Positions 49,366 to 59,843 of a DNA stretch of 64,000 nucleotides are shown piece by piece. The DNA comes from Candidatus Spongiisociaceae bacterium (GTDB taxonomy: Bacteria > Actinomycetota > Acidimicrobiia > Spongiisociales > Spongiisociaceae), in the NCBI GenBank assembly GCA_965262915.1, contig OZ253564.1:1568001-1632000 (forward strand). Direction: 5' to 3'. Position 1 is the first letter of the stretch. Each line of letters starts with the position of its first letter. A program made the translations under genes and the position numbers. The notes beneath the pieces are model-generated. The model did not search any database, had not been told where the DNA came from, and saw only the letters and a list, made by a program, of their open reading frames with translations.

Positions 49366-50601
49366 CTACGCCCTCGTGGTCTGCGAATGCCCGAGTCGGG
49401 GCAGCGGCCGCTCGTCGATCGGTATGTGGATGACCGCCGCGGCGATGCTCAAGGCCACTCCCAACCACCAGACGGGATCGTAGGACCCTGTCCGGTCATA
49501 GATGTAGCCGCCCAACCAGACGCCCAGGAAGCTCCCGACCTGGTGCGACACGAACACGACGCCGAAGAGTGTGGCCAGGTACCGGATGCCGAAGACCTGC
49601 CCGATTATCCCGGTCGTGAGCGGCACCGTGGACAGCCAGAGAACCCCTATGACCCCCGCGAACAGGAAGACGGTCACCTCCGTCTTGGGCGCCAGCAGCA
49701 TCAGCGAGATCACCACCGCCCGGAGGGAGTAGATGCCGCTCAGGCCCCGCTTCTTGGACCAGCGCTGGCCGAAAGCTCCGCTGCCGAACGAACCGACGAT
49801 GTTGAAGGCGCCGATCAACGCAATGGATATGGCACCGACCGACGGCGCCAGTCCGACGTCCTGCACGAAGGCCGGGAAGTGGACAGTGATGAACGCCACG
49901 TGAAAGCCGCACACGAAGAAACCGCTGGTGAGCAACACGAACCCGCGGTGGGTGCGCGCCTCGGTCAAGGCTTCGCCGAGGGTCTGGTCGGTGGTGCGCT
50001 CGCCACCGGCCGCCGTGCCGTTTGGCAGCGCGAAGGCGAGAGGGATGATCACCAGCAGGATGGCCGCCAGGAGGACCAGGGCGGTGTACCAGCCGAACGC
50101 GGTGATGAATCCCTGACCTATGGGTGAGAACAGAACCTGGCCGAGCGAACTGGCCGCCGTACCGAGTCCGAGTGCCAGCGAGCGCCGTTCGGGCCCCACC
50201 GCTCGGGCCATCGCCGCCAGAGCCAGCGAGAAGGCGGTGAAGGCCACCCCGAGACCCACCACGACCCCGGCGGTCAGCTGTAACATCGCACCGCTGCTGG
50301 ACGCCGCCATACCCCATGTGCCGAGGGCGTACACGACCGTTCCACCGGCCAGGACGTAGCGGGGGCCGTACCGGTCGGCGATCGCCCCGGCGACGGGCAT
50401 CCCGATCCCCCACACGAGGTTCTGGATGGCGAGGGCCAGAGCGAAGGTCTCCCGGCTCCAGTCCTGGGCGACCGTCATCGGTGCCAGGAACAGTCCGAAG
50501 ATCGAGCGCACCCCGAAGCCCACTGTGGCGATCAGACAGCCGGCGACTATGACGATCACCGGCGTCCGCCAACGCTGCGGGCGCGTTCTCGAAACGGTCA
50601 T
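49366..50601 (-). CDS. MFS transporter
   Basis: About 12 TM helices; GAIADRYG motif A; FFVCGFH, HQVGSFLG. Confidence 0.92.
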   Translation of the reverse strand: MTVSRTRPQRWRTPVIVIVAGCLIATVGFGVRSIFGLFLAPMTVAQDWSRETFALALAIQNLVWGIGMPVAGAIADRYGPRYVLAGGTVVYALGTWGMAASSSGAMLQLTAGVVVGLGVAFTAFSLALAAMARAVGPERRSLALGLGTAASSLGQVLFSPIGQGFITAFGWYTALVLLAAILLVIIPLAFALPNGTAAGGERTTDQTLGEALTEARTHRGFVLLTSGFFVCGFHVAFITVHFPAFVQDVGLAPSVGAISIALIGAFNIVGSFGSGAFGQRWSKKRGLSGIYSLRAVVISLMLLAPKTEVTVFLFAGVIGVLWLSTVPLTTGIIGQVFGIRYLATLFGVVFVSHQVGSFLGVWLGGYIYDRTGSYDPVWWLGVALSIAAAVIHIPIDERPLPRLGHSQTTRA

Positions 50602-51116
50602 ACACTCTCTCGTCTGCCGGAAGGCCCCGTCGGAGCAGATCAGCGCAGGATGCTACTTCGCCATTGTGGCGGGGTCGGCGGCCGACGCTGTTACTTCACG
50701 ACGGTTTGGCCGATATCGTCCCGGCGCTTGTGGATGGATGCAGGCAACTACACAATTTGCAGGCATTACTTTCGGATTGTGAAGATCCGGTATCGGGGCT
50801 GCTTCACACCGTAGGTTCGCCATCGGGATAGAGGCAACGCTCAACGATCTGGCGCCGCGTGTGGCGACCGTCGTCGACGACTAACCCGGCTCTCACATAT
50901 TCAGCGTAGTTCTACGGACTCAAGAACCACTCGTCTTCCTCCAGGGTTGTTCGTGCCGAACACTTGTCACCTCGATTCTGCGACGGCGTGCCGGCATCGG
51001 CGGCTGCGGTGGACGAACACGTCTGCAATGTACATAATCGATACGAACCGCTCCCTTCGAGTGGTCTGCTGTTAACGAGGAGGAGCTATGGCTCGATTCA
51101 GGGAACTCCTGATGGC

Positions 51117-52250
51117 ATGAGGGAAACTGCCGACGGCAGCGAGATCGGGGTCGCGATTGTTGGTGCCGGGTTTATGGGTGATACCCATGCGTATGGATAT
51201 CGGCGGGTGCGTAGCCTGCGAGTCCCCCCGGCAGTCCTCCCCAACGTTCGCACGATTGTCGATATCGATGCGAGGGCGGCGCGGTCGTTGGCGGCGCGGT
51301 GGGGTGTGCCGGAGTGGTCGACGGATTGGGAGGGGGTGGTTGCGGACGACGGGATCGATTTGGTGGATGTCTGTACTCCTCCTGATGTGCACCGGGAGAT
51401 CGGTGTGGCAGCGGCCGGGGCGGGTAAGAGCGTCTACTGCGAGAAACCGGTCGGCCGGAACGTGGGGGAGACTGCGGCTTTGGCGGCTGCGATTCGGGAT
51501 GGTGGTGTGTTTGGTTATGTGGGTTTCACGTATCGGTGGACACCGGCGGTTGTGCTGGCCAGGAGCCTCATCGCGGGGGGACGGATCGGTGAGATCCGTG
51601 AGATCCACTTCGGCTATCAGTCCTCGCCCTGGGCCGACGAGAACCGTATCTGGACGTGGAGATTCGCAGCGGGTGTGGGTGGTGGTGGGGCTTTGGCGGA
51701 TCAGGGGTCGCATGCGTTCGATATGGCCCGGTTCTTGGTGGGGGAGGTGTCTCGTGTTTCGGGTTACACGCGGATAGCCGTGCGGCAGCGGCCGGATCCT
51801 GATGCGGTGGCGCCTGGCGCCATGCTCGAGGTCGAGAACGACGACCAGTGGGCGGCGTTTGTGGAGTTCAGGAACGGGGCCTATGGGACTTTGCATGGAA
51901 GTCGGGTCGCTCACGGCACCGCGACCGAGTTCGGGTTCGAGGCCTACGGTGCGTTGGGGGCGCTTCGGTGGAACATTCAGAGGATGAACGAGTTGGAGAT
52001 CTACGAGACCTGCGATGATGCTCTGGACGGTTTTCGTACGGTCCGTATCGGTCCTGAGCATCCGATTCACGGCGACTACGTTCCCCGGCGGGGCCATTCG
52101 GTGGGTTTCAACGACTTGAAAGCGATTGAGATCGCTGGGTTGTTGACGGCGCTGGCTGAGGGGAGATCCCCGGAGCCGAGCATGGAGGATGCTCTCTCGG
52201 TTGCTCGGATCGTCGATGCTGTGCCACTGCGGAGATGGGTGGATCTGTAA
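51117..52250 (+). CDS. Gfo/Idh/MocA oxidoreductase, copy 1
   Basis: VGAGFMG..H, YCEKP, GGALADQGSH. Confidence 0.92.
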   Translation: MRETADGSEIGVAIVGAGFMGDTHAYGYRRVRSLRVPPAVLPNVRTIVDIDARAARSLAARWGVPEWSTDWEGVVADDGIDLVDVCTPPDVHREIGVAAAGAGKSVYCEKPVGRNVGETAALAAAIRDGGVFGYVGFTYRWTPAVVLARSLIAGGRIGEIREIHFGYQSSPWADENRIWTWRFAAGVGGGGALADQGSHAFDMARFLVGEVSRVSGYTRIAVRQRPDPDAVAPGAMLEVENDDQWAAFVEFRNGAYGTLHGSRVAHGTATEFGFEAYGALGALRWNIQRMNELEIYETCDDALDGFRTVRIGPEHPIHGDYVPRRGHSVGFNDLKAIEIAGLLTALAEGRSPEPSMEDALSVARIVDAVPLRRWVDL

Positions 52251-52880
52251 ATGGACACCGGCTAGGGAGCGATGCTATGACAAGGTTATCCTCGATGGTC
52301 GGTTCAATGGCGGGGCCGGTTTCCCCTGACGACTTGGCAACTCTCCAACGGGCCGGTGTGGCGACGACGGTGGACGGAATCAATCGTCTTGGTTTCCCGG
52401 TGTGGGCTACTTCGGTTCGGCCTTTCGGTGCCGGCAAGGAGGCTATTGGTAGTGTCGGTAGGCCGGTGATGCGTGCTGGGGTCAACGTGTCACCTGGCGA
52501 CGTTGTCGTTGTTGCAGCGGCCGCGCCGGTCCGCACCGAACGCGAGGTTGGTTTACGTTTGGCTGCCGAGGGCGGCACGATGCCGGGGAGGGTCGCGGGA
52601 CATCTCGACGGTATCGACTTCGATACCGGCAGCGGGTAGCGGCCAGGAGGTTTCTCCGGCTCTTATTGCGAGCCCTTTCAGGGGCGACTGGGGTCGTTTT
52701 GGTCTATGGTTGATTCATCGGTTCGGCGATAAACGTCCGGACGGAGGAGGATGCTATGAAGAGGCAATCGCGTATCCGAGTGATCTTTGCGTTAGTTCTG
52801 GCTTTTGCTTTGGTGGCCGCCGCTTGCGGTGGCGACGAGGAGCCCGCTACGACCACGGCGGCACCAGCCCCGGCACCTAC
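51148..52880 (+). repeat. direct repeat copy 1 (Gfo + RraA + intergenic + SBP signal peptide)
   Basis: Near-identical to about 60684-62750 apart from two deletions. Confidence 0.92.
52277..52639 (+). pseudogene. RraA/HMG aldolase family, internally deleted copy
   Basis: Matches 61813-62502 but lacks the WGEM and DGSAR core and the DGDGVVVVP motif. Confidence 0.88.
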
Positions 52881-54477
52881 TGAGGCTCCCGCATCCACTG
52901 AGGCGCCGGCATCCACTGAGGCGCCGGCATCCACCGAGGCGCCCGCATCCACGCCGGATACGACCACTGCGCCGACTCCTGCTCCTCCCGAAGCGCCGGT
53001 TCGGCTCCCACTGCTGACTGTGGCGGTTGGAATGGAGGATTCGACACTCGCAAGCTGGTGGGGTTTTCAGCCTGAGCGCGGAATGGTGCTCAGACAGATT
53101 CATGAACCACTTGTCGATCGCGACCCCGTGACCAACGAGTTCATACCGATGCTGGCAACCGGTTGGGAACAGCTCGATGACGAAACGTGGGAATTCGAAC
53201 TCCGACAGGGTGTCACTTTCCACGATGGTTCGCTGTTCGATGCTGAGGCGGCTGCCTTTGCCCTGAACTATCTCTTTTCCCCGGAAAACGAGTTGCAGAG
53301 CTGGCAGCGACACCGCACCGAGATCGAGGCGACCGTGATCGGCGACTCCAAGATCCGGGTGACCACCGTCGGACTCGTGCCGTTGTTCCTCCAATGGATC
53401 TATGAGAACGGCATCCCATCGATGCGTCAGATCCTGGAAGAACCGGAGCTGTACGAGTCCGTACCGATCGGCACCGGGGCCTACAAGTTCGTGAAGTGGG
53501 AACGTGGTATTTCCATAGAGCTTGCAGCCAACGAGGATTGGTGGGGGCCGAGCGCAGACGACTCCCCCGGTCAAATCAACTTCGACACCGTCATTGTCCT
53601 CATTCGTCCCGAGCCACGGACCAGGATCGCGGCGGTGGAGGCGGATGAGATGGATGTTGCCTGGGACGTGCCATTCGAGGAGTGCCAAGCGCAGCTCGGA
53701 GCGAGTTGCATCACCGCTCCCGGGGACAACGTGGTCAACGTGCGGTTCGACTCGCAACATCCTGTGATGTCTGATCCTCGCATCAAGGAAGCGATGGCAC
53801 TCGCGCTTGATAAGGAGGCAATCGGTCTGCGCCTGTGGGGGTCTCCACCCATCGGTTCGATGGACGTGCCCGGTGCCTTCGGCTATAACCCGGATCTGGA
53901 ACCCTGGCCCTACGACCCGGAGAGGGCCAAGGCTCTCGTCGAGGAGGCGCGCGCAGATGGGGTTCCGGTTGATATGGAACTGCGTGTGAGCGGCCGCGCG
54001 GCCTTTTTCGCCTCGGTAGAGGAACTCACCGAAATCGTCCACTTCAGTCTGCAGGAGATCGGCCTGAACGTGGCGTTCGAGATGCTGGAGACGCCCGAGC
54101 ATGTCCCGCTCTTCATCGAGCGGGCTGAGAACCTGTCACCGGAGCGCAACTATCTCTTCGTCTCGAGACGGGGCGGCGGAGGTGCGTTCGACTCGAGAAA
54201 GTTTGCCGATACCTGGTATCTGTCCACAGGGTGTTGTGGCGTCGAGCCACATGCGGACGTTGACCAGATCATCCAGACAATCAACGACTCTCGTGATCGC
54301 GCCGAGCAGGATCGGCTGCTCCAGGAGCTTCACCGGATGTTCCGATACGACATGGAGAAGGTCTTCTACATTCCGATCACCCAACTCAGCAAGTTCCACG
54401 GGGTCGCTGCGCATCTCGAGTGGACCCCTCGGCCGGACAGCCAGATGCTTTTCCGGGAGATCGTTGTCCGCCCGTAG
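52756..54477 (+). CDS. peptide/nickel ABC transporter substrate-binding lipoprotein (family 5)
   Basis: Lipobox AAAC, LRQGVTFHDG, PIGTGAYKF, YDPERAKAL. Confidence 0.92.
   Translation: MKRQSRIRVIFALVLAFALVAAACGGDEEPATTTAAPAPAPTEAPASTEAPASTEAPASTEAPASTPDTTTAPTPAPPEAPVRLPLLTVAVGMEDSTLASWWGFQPERGMVLRQIHEPLVDRDPVTNEFIPMLATGWEQLDDETWEFELRQGVTFHDGSLFDAEAAAFALNYLFSPENELQSWQRHRTEIEATVIGDSKIRVTTVGLVPLFLQWIYENGIPSMRQILEEPELYESVPIGTGAYKFVKWERGISIELAANEDWWGPSADDSPGQINFDTVIVLIRPEPRTRIAAVEADEMDVAWDVPFEECQAQLGASCITAPGDNVVNVRFDSQHPVMSDPRIKEAMALALDKEAIGLRLWGSPPIGSMDVPGAFGYNPDLEPWPYDPERAKALVEEARADGVPVDMELRVSGRAAFFASVEELTEIVHFSLQEIGLNVAFEMLETPEHVPLFIERAENLSPERNYLFVSRRGGGGAFDSRKFADTWYLSTGCCGVEPHADVDQIIQTINDSRDRAEQDRLLQELHRMFRYDMEKVFYIPITQLSKFHGVAAHLEWTPRPDSQMLFREIVVRP
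52879..52950 (+). repeat. 4 x 18-bp tandem repeat (TEAPAS linker)
   Basis: ACTGAGGCGCCGGCATCC units. Confidence 0.9.
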
Positions 54478-54734
54478 TAGAACTGAGAGAAGTGGTTGGT
54501 GCTCTCGGTCGACGAGTTGACCCTGGTGCCCGGCGGTCGTAACGGCCGACGCTCTCAGCGAAAGGAGTGTCGGTCGGTGACGAGAGCCGACCCGAAAGGG
54601 GAACGGTCGCATCGTGGCAGCAACAGGCATGTTGACGGCGTGTCCCCCGGCCGGTCGGTGCGACGGTGCCACTGTGGGCTGCCAGTCCGAAGTGATCCGC
54701 TCTGGTGGTACGCCTGCTTAGCTGATCGCTAGAA

Positions 54735-55652
54735 GTGGCTTGGCTCCGCCCATTCGGCCGGCGGACGCTCCAGTCCGGGGTGGGTCTCCTCTTCCTCATT
54801 CTCTTTGTCTTCGTTGTAGGCAGACTGCTTGGAGATCCCGTAGATCTCATTCTCCCCGAAGTAGCGCCGCAGGAGTCTCGAGATGCCCTGAGGGCGAGCC
54901 TGGGTCTTGACAAACCGATCCACGAGCAGGTGTGGGAGTACGCAGGGAGGCTGGCTCGCGGCGAATTCGGCGATTCCTACTGGCAGAAACGGCCCGCCAG
55001 TGAGGTCATCCTGGAGCGCGTGCCGAGAACGCTTTACCTTGCAGGCGTGTCAGTTGCGTTGGCCGGAATCGGAGGGATCGGTTTGGGCCTCGTCGCCGCA
55101 GTGCGCCCTAATACGTGGCTTGACAAGTTGATCCGTTTGTGGAGTGTCGCTGGTATTTCGATTGTGGGTTTCTGGCTGGGATTGATGTTGATCCTGGTGT
55201 TGAGCGTAGAGCTGAGGCTCTTTCCGACAGGTGGCTATGGGGGGTTACATCACGTTGTCTTGCCCGCAGTGACGTTGGCTTTTCGATCTGCGGGACAGGT
55301 TGCACAAATGACCCGAGTGACGGTGCTCGGTGAGTACACAAAGCCATACATTGCAGCGATGCGCTTGCGCGGTTACTCGGAAGCCCGAATCCTTGGACAC
55401 GCGCTCCGCAATGCCGCGGCCCCGGTGATAACCATCTGGGGCGACGAGGCGGCCAATCAGGCGAACGGTGCCGTGGTGGTCGAGGCGGTATTTGCCTGGC
55501 CAGGTCTCGGTCTCTTGGTGATTCAGGCTCTGACCCAGCGGGATCTCGTATTGGTTGAAGCCGGCGTCTTCACGATGGGGCTCATCATCGTCCTGGTGAA
55601 CGCATTGGTCGATGCCCTTTACGGTCGCCTGAACCCCCGGCTTAGAACGTGA
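54735..55652 (+). CDS. ABC transporter permease (DppB-like)
   Basis: LGLDKP, LPAVTL, HALRNA, VEAVFAWPGLG. Confidence 0.92.
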   Translation: MAWLRPFGRRTLQSGVGLLFLILFVFVVGRLLGDPVDLILPEVAPQESRDALRASLGLDKPIHEQVWEYAGRLARGEFGDSYWQKRPASEVILERVPRTLYLAGVSVALAGIGGIGLGLVAAVRPNTWLDKLIRLWSVAGISIVGFWLGLMLILVLSVELRLFPTGGYGGLHHVVLPAVTLAFRSAGQVAQMTRVTVLGEYTKPYIAAMRLRGYSEARILGHALRNAAAPVITIWGDEAANQANGAVVVEAVFAWPGLGLLVIQALTQRDLVLVEAGVFTMGLIIVLVNALVDALYGRLNPRLRT

Positions 55653-55662
55653 GAGGGAAGGT

Positions 55663-56574
55663 GTGAACGAGAGGCCGCTCGTCGAGGGGCGGTGGGTAGT
55701 CCGGGCTCTCAGGATGATCCCGAAACTGGATTGGATCCTGCTTGCGGCAGGTATATGGATGACCCTTGTGTTGGTGGCCACCTTGGTCGGCGAGTGGATC
55801 GCGCCGTACGACCATGCACAACAGAGCATTATGGTACGAAACCTCCCTCCAGGATCGCCGGATGGCCAGGGAGGTACCCACGTATTGGGAACGGATCTGC
55901 TGGGTCGTGATCTCTTGAGTCGGATAATCGCGGGAGCGAGGGTTTCTATGGTGGTCGGGATCCTCGGCGTTGGGACGGCGGCCTTCGTGGGTACCCTACT
56001 GGGAACCTTGGCAGGCTACGCACGAGGGCGAACCGAGGCAATTGTCATGCGTATTGTGGACATACAGATGGCAATTCCCTTTCTCTTATTGGCGCTCGTA
56101 TTCCTTTTTCTGTTCGGGCGTAGTTTTCTCAATGTGGTGGGGATCCTGGCTCTGTTGAGATGGCCGGTATTCGCCAGGACGGCGAGAAGTCTTGCCCTGA
56201 ACCTGAGGACCACGGAATTCGTGGAGGCTGCAGGAATGCTTGGCTACTCGCACGCGCGAATCCTCGCAAAGCATATGTGGCCGAACATGGCGTCACCTCT
56301 CATTGTGCTCGCAACGCTGGAGATGGCCCGCCTGATCATCGCAGAGGCGACGCTCAGCTTCCTCGGGATGGGGGTGCAGCCTCCGCACACGTCTTGGGGT
56401 CGGATGATTGCACAAGGCCGTAACAACATCTCATCGGCATCGTGGAACGTTGTGTATCCGGGTCTGGCGATCTTGTTCACCGCCGGGAGTACCAACATGC
56501 TGGCGAACTGGCTAAGAGAGATCACCGATCCGCTGAGAAAGCGGAGCCGTCAGGACTCACGGCGCGGCAATTAG
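55663..56574 (+). CDS. ABC transporter permease (DppC-like)
   Basis: LGTDLLGRD, EFVEAA, LSFLGMG..PP..SWG. Confidence 0.92.
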   Translation: MNERPLVEGRWVVRALRMIPKLDWILLAAGIWMTLVLVATLVGEWIAPYDHAQQSIMVRNLPPGSPDGQGGTHVLGTDLLGRDLLSRIIAGARVSMVVGILGVGTAAFVGTLLGTLAGYARGRTEAIVMRIVDIQMAIPFLLLALVFLFLFGRSFLNVVGILALLRWPVFARTARSLALNLRTTEFVEAAGMLGYSHARILAKHMWPNMASPLIVLATLEMARLIIAEATLSFLGMGVQPPHTSWGRMIAQGRNNISSASWNVVYPGLAILFTAGSTNMLANWLREITDPLRKRSRQDSRRGN

Positions 56575-56575
56575 T

Positions 56576-57649
56576 GTGAAGCGAATGCGAGCAGGAGACC
56601 AGGGCACCGGAGGGGCAGGCGGCGCGGCATCGAGAGGCGAGTTGCAGGCGCGTGAACGGGCTACTGGATCTGCAACGGTGGAGATTCGAGACCTGACCGT
56701 TTTCTACCGCACCGGTCGGGAAAGGGTGTTAGCCGTCGATTCGGTGAATCTCGATCTCGTGCAAGGCGAGACATTGGCCCTGGTCGGCGAGTCGGGCTGC
56801 GGAAAGACCACGCTCGCAGCCACCATTGCCGGCGCGCTGCCGGAGACGACGGCGGAGGTGAGCGTCGGCATGTTTCGCATGGCCGGTATCGATTTCGGTG
56901 CAGATACGGGTCTGAGCCATCCGATGCGGCGGGATGCACGAATCGCGCTCATCTCGCAGGATGCAATGGGGTCGCTCGATCCGTGCTTCTCGATAGGGAC
57001 CCAACTGTCCGAGACCTATAGGTTGTGGCACGACGTGACGAGGCGCGAAGCTCGATCCCGAGCTGTGGAGTACCTCGACTACGTCGGCCTTCCGGATGGC
57101 CCGCGGCTCCGGAAACATTTCCCGCATCAGTTGTCGGGAGGTATGCGACAGAGAGTGGCCATTGCGCTGTCTCTGATGATGGACCCGACGGTACTGGTAG
57201 CCGACGAGGCGACCACTGCCCTGGATGTGACGATTCAGTCCGAGATCGTTGATCTGCTCCTGTCGATTCAGGAGGAAACGGGAATGGCGATTCTCTTCAT
57301 CACTCACGATCTCGCGCTGGCGGGCGAGGTGGCGGACCGAATAGCGGTCATGTACGCGGCCCGCATCGTCGAGCGTGGTACCGCTGACGAGGTCATGCAC
57401 GAGAAGGCACACCCCTACACCCGCGCTCTGATGGGTCTGATACCGAGAGGTCCGGTCGACTCACATCCGCTGACGTCTATTCCCGGCGCTCCTCCACTGC
57501 TGACGGATCGCTCGGACAAGTGCCGGTTCGTAGAGCGATGCGCAATGGCGATGGACATATGCCGGAGCCGGCAGCCGGGCCCCACTCGTTTGTCCGACGG
57601 GCAGATCGTGGAGTGCCATCTCTACGGCGAAAATGAGAGCGCAGGATAG
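56576..57649 (+). CDS. ABC transporter ATP-binding protein (DppD-like)
   Basis: GESGCGKT, LSGGMRQR, HPYT, C-terminal Cys cluster. Confidence 0.92.
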   Translation: MKRMRAGDQGTGGAGGAASRGELQARERATGSATVEIRDLTVFYRTGRERVLAVDSVNLDLVQGETLALVGESGCGKTTLAATIAGALPETTAEVSVGMFRMAGIDFGADTGLSHPMRRDARIALISQDAMGSLDPCFSIGTQLSETYRLWHDVTRREARSRAVEYLDYVGLPDGPRLRKHFPHQLSGGMRQRVAIALSLMMDPTVLVADEATTALDVTIQSEIVDLLLSIQEETGMAILFITHDLALAGEVADRIAVMYAARIVERGTADEVMHEKAHPYTRALMGLIPRGPVDSHPLTSIPGAPPLLTDRSDKCRFVERCAMAMDICRSRQPGPTRLSDGQIVECHLYGENESAG

Positions 57650-57659
57650 GCAGTTGGTG

Positions 57660-58709
57660 ATGGCCCAGACCTCGCGATCGCCGATTCTTCAAGTGCGGAG
57701 CGCAAGCAAGGCCTTTGCGGCGCGTGGGAAGGGAGGGCGTCGCGTACTACAAAAGGCTGTTGATGGAGCTTCCGTCACGTTGGACGAAGGCAACACCCTG
57801 GGCATAGTCGGTGAATCGGGATCGGGCAAGACGACGCTCGGAAGGATGATCGCCGGTTTGGAGAGGCCGGACGAGGGGGAAATCCTCATTGGCGGTGAGC
57901 GGGTCGAGAACCTGGCGCAGAAGCGGAACAGTCGCGTGCTCAGCACGCTCGTGCAGATGATCTTTCAGGATTCGTCTTCGGCCCTCAACCCCAGGATGAC
58001 CGTGGGGGCAATTCTCCAAGAGGTGCTCTACGTCCATCACGGTCGGGTAGGCGTCGGGCGGCGTCGGGACGGCGTGGGTGAGCTCCTCGACAAGGTGGGG
58101 TTGCCCGAGGGAATCATCGAGAGGTACGCGTGGGAGCTGTCGGGAGGCCAACTACAACGTGTGTGCATTGCGAGGGCCTTGGCGGTCAATGCCAAGATCC
58201 TGGTCTGCGATGAGCCGGTATCGGCATTGGACGTATCCATACAGGCCCAGGTCCTCAACTTGCTCGTGTCTCTTCAGGCAGAGACGGGGATGGCGCTCGT
58301 GTTCATCAGCCATGACATTGGCGTGATTCAGTATGTGAGTCAACGGATAGCGGTGATGTATGCAGGGAGAATCATCGAGGAAGGCCCGACCGTGGAAGTC
58401 GTGCAGCGTCCGGTACATCCCTACACGCAAGTTCTACTGAGAGCCGTGCCGAAGGGTCTGGAGGGACGGCGACCCAGGGCGATGCGTTCCGGAATGAAGA
58501 TCCAACGCATGATTGCGGGAACGACCGCCGACTGGTCGGGTTGCGCTTACCGCGGGAGATGCGATCGCGCGACAGAGATATGTGCACAGGAAGTACCGCC
58601 CTGGGTTTCCGTGAATAATGGGAGGCGTGCATTCTGTCATCATCCCGGAGAGGCCCGTCGCCCACGGCTTCCTCTCGGCGAACAAGAGGACACCCGAGGG
58701 CAGGGGTAG
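57660..58709 (+). CDS. ABC transporter ATP-binding protein (DppF-like; start may be 57633)
   Basis: GESGSGKT, LSGGQLQR, DEPVSALDVSIQAQ. Confidence 0.92.
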   Translation: MAQTSRSPILQVRSASKAFAARGKGGRRVLQKAVDGASVTLDEGNTLGIVGESGSGKTTLGRMIAGLERPDEGEILIGGERVENLAQKRNSRVLSTLVQMIFQDSSSALNPRMTVGAILQEVLYVHHGRVGVGRRRDGVGELLDKVGLPEGIIERYAWELSGGQLQRVCIARALAVNAKILVCDEPVSALDVSIQAQVLNLLVSLQAETGMALVFISHDIGVIQYVSQRIAVMYAGRIIEEGPTVEVVQRPVHPYTQVLLRAVPKGLEGRRPRAMRSGMKIQRMIAGTTADWSGCAYRGRCDRATEICAQEVPPWVSVNNGRRAFCHHPGEARRPRLPLGEQEDTRGQG

Positions 58710-58826
58710 CGCCAAGCGTCAGAAGAGCGGCTAGGGCTCGCACCTATCTGCCGGCTGCTGTCGAGCGTCGGAGGGCTTGGGGGCCACTCGTCGAGACGGG
58801 ATGGGCCGGCACGACCGGCAACGAGA

Positions 58827-59762
58827 CTAGAAGACGGCGAGGGGAGTCACAGGAGATCCTGTTCCGTACCGGATACGGAGCGGAGCTATCAAAAAGAGGA
58901 AGCTCCAACGTCCCCGATCGAGGCAGGCTGTTCTCAGCTCGCTGAAACTGCAAACGTCTACGAGACACAAGCCCATCGCGACGCTCCCGACCTCGTGGAT
59001 GGGCTGCTCCACCGCTGCATACCCGGACGGAACGACATCATTCGCGGCATCTGCGGCGACCACGGCCACTTGCCGGTCGCGCAGCCAGGGCAGGCAGGCA
59101 GCGTGAAGTCCGGGACGGAGCAGCGGCTCCGAGTGCGGTCCTTCGGCGATGCGCCGCTCCCACCATCCCGTACGCACCAGGAGCGCATCACCCTCCTCGA
59201 CGCGCACACCCTGCGCTTTCTCCGCCTCCTCCAGCATCGACGGAAGGACGGCATCGCCGGCATCCAGCCAGTCCTTCCCCGCGAGTCCTGCGATGTCGAG
59301 CAGAACGCCCCGGGTGATGATCCCCTCGCGGAGAGCGTCTATCGACAACTCTGTGGCGCCTTGCTCGGTGGTGACGACGGCCGCGTCGCGCCCGTTGTAG
59401 ATCCGTCCCCTCCATATGGAATGGCTCAGCGCGTCGATGTGGGTGACAACGTGGGAATGGAAGACCAGCCCCACAAAATCGACTGCTCCCGGCCTTTCCG
59501 GGTTGACGCTCTCGCCGCTGCGGATCATGAAATGTAGCGGCGGGTATGGCACATCCGGGGCGGCTCCCTGTCCTCCGATGAGCGTGGCGCAGGAGACAGC
59601 CATGCCTTCGCGGACGGATTGCAGAGCCGAGAGTCGTTTCTCGGGACTGATGAAGTTCAACGTGCCGCGCTCGTCGTCTCGCCCCCAGCGTCCCTCATTG
59701 CTCAATGTATCGAAGTAGCCGAGCACATCCGCTTCTGTGGGAATCGCTCGAGAGGTCGGCAT
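58827..59762 (-). CDS. cyclase family (kynurenine formamidase-like) protein
   Basis: RWGRDDERGTLN, THIDALSH, GVLLD, GTGSPVTPLA. Confidence 0.9.
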   Translation of the reverse strand: MPTSRAIPTEADVLGYFDTLSNEGRWGRDDERGTLNFISPEKRLSALQSVREGMAVSCATLIGGQGAAPDVPYPPLHFMIRSGESVNPERPGAVDFVGLVFHSHVVTHIDALSHSIWRGRIYNGRDAAVVTTEQGATELSIDALREGIITRGVLLDIAGLAGKDWLDAGDAVLPSMLEEAEKAQGVRVEEGDALLVRTGWWERRIAEGPHSEPLLRPGLHAACLPWLRDRQVAVVAADAANDVVPSGYAAVEQPIHEVGSVAMGLCLVDVCSFSELRTACLDRGRWSFLFLIAPLRIRYGTGSPVTPLAVF

Positions 59763-59843
59763 GGGCTTCTTCGCAGACTGTTGGATTACTTGTGGCGTGC
59801 CAGGAGTGAATATAGTTGACTCTGCGCGGGGAGGGCGGCGGAG

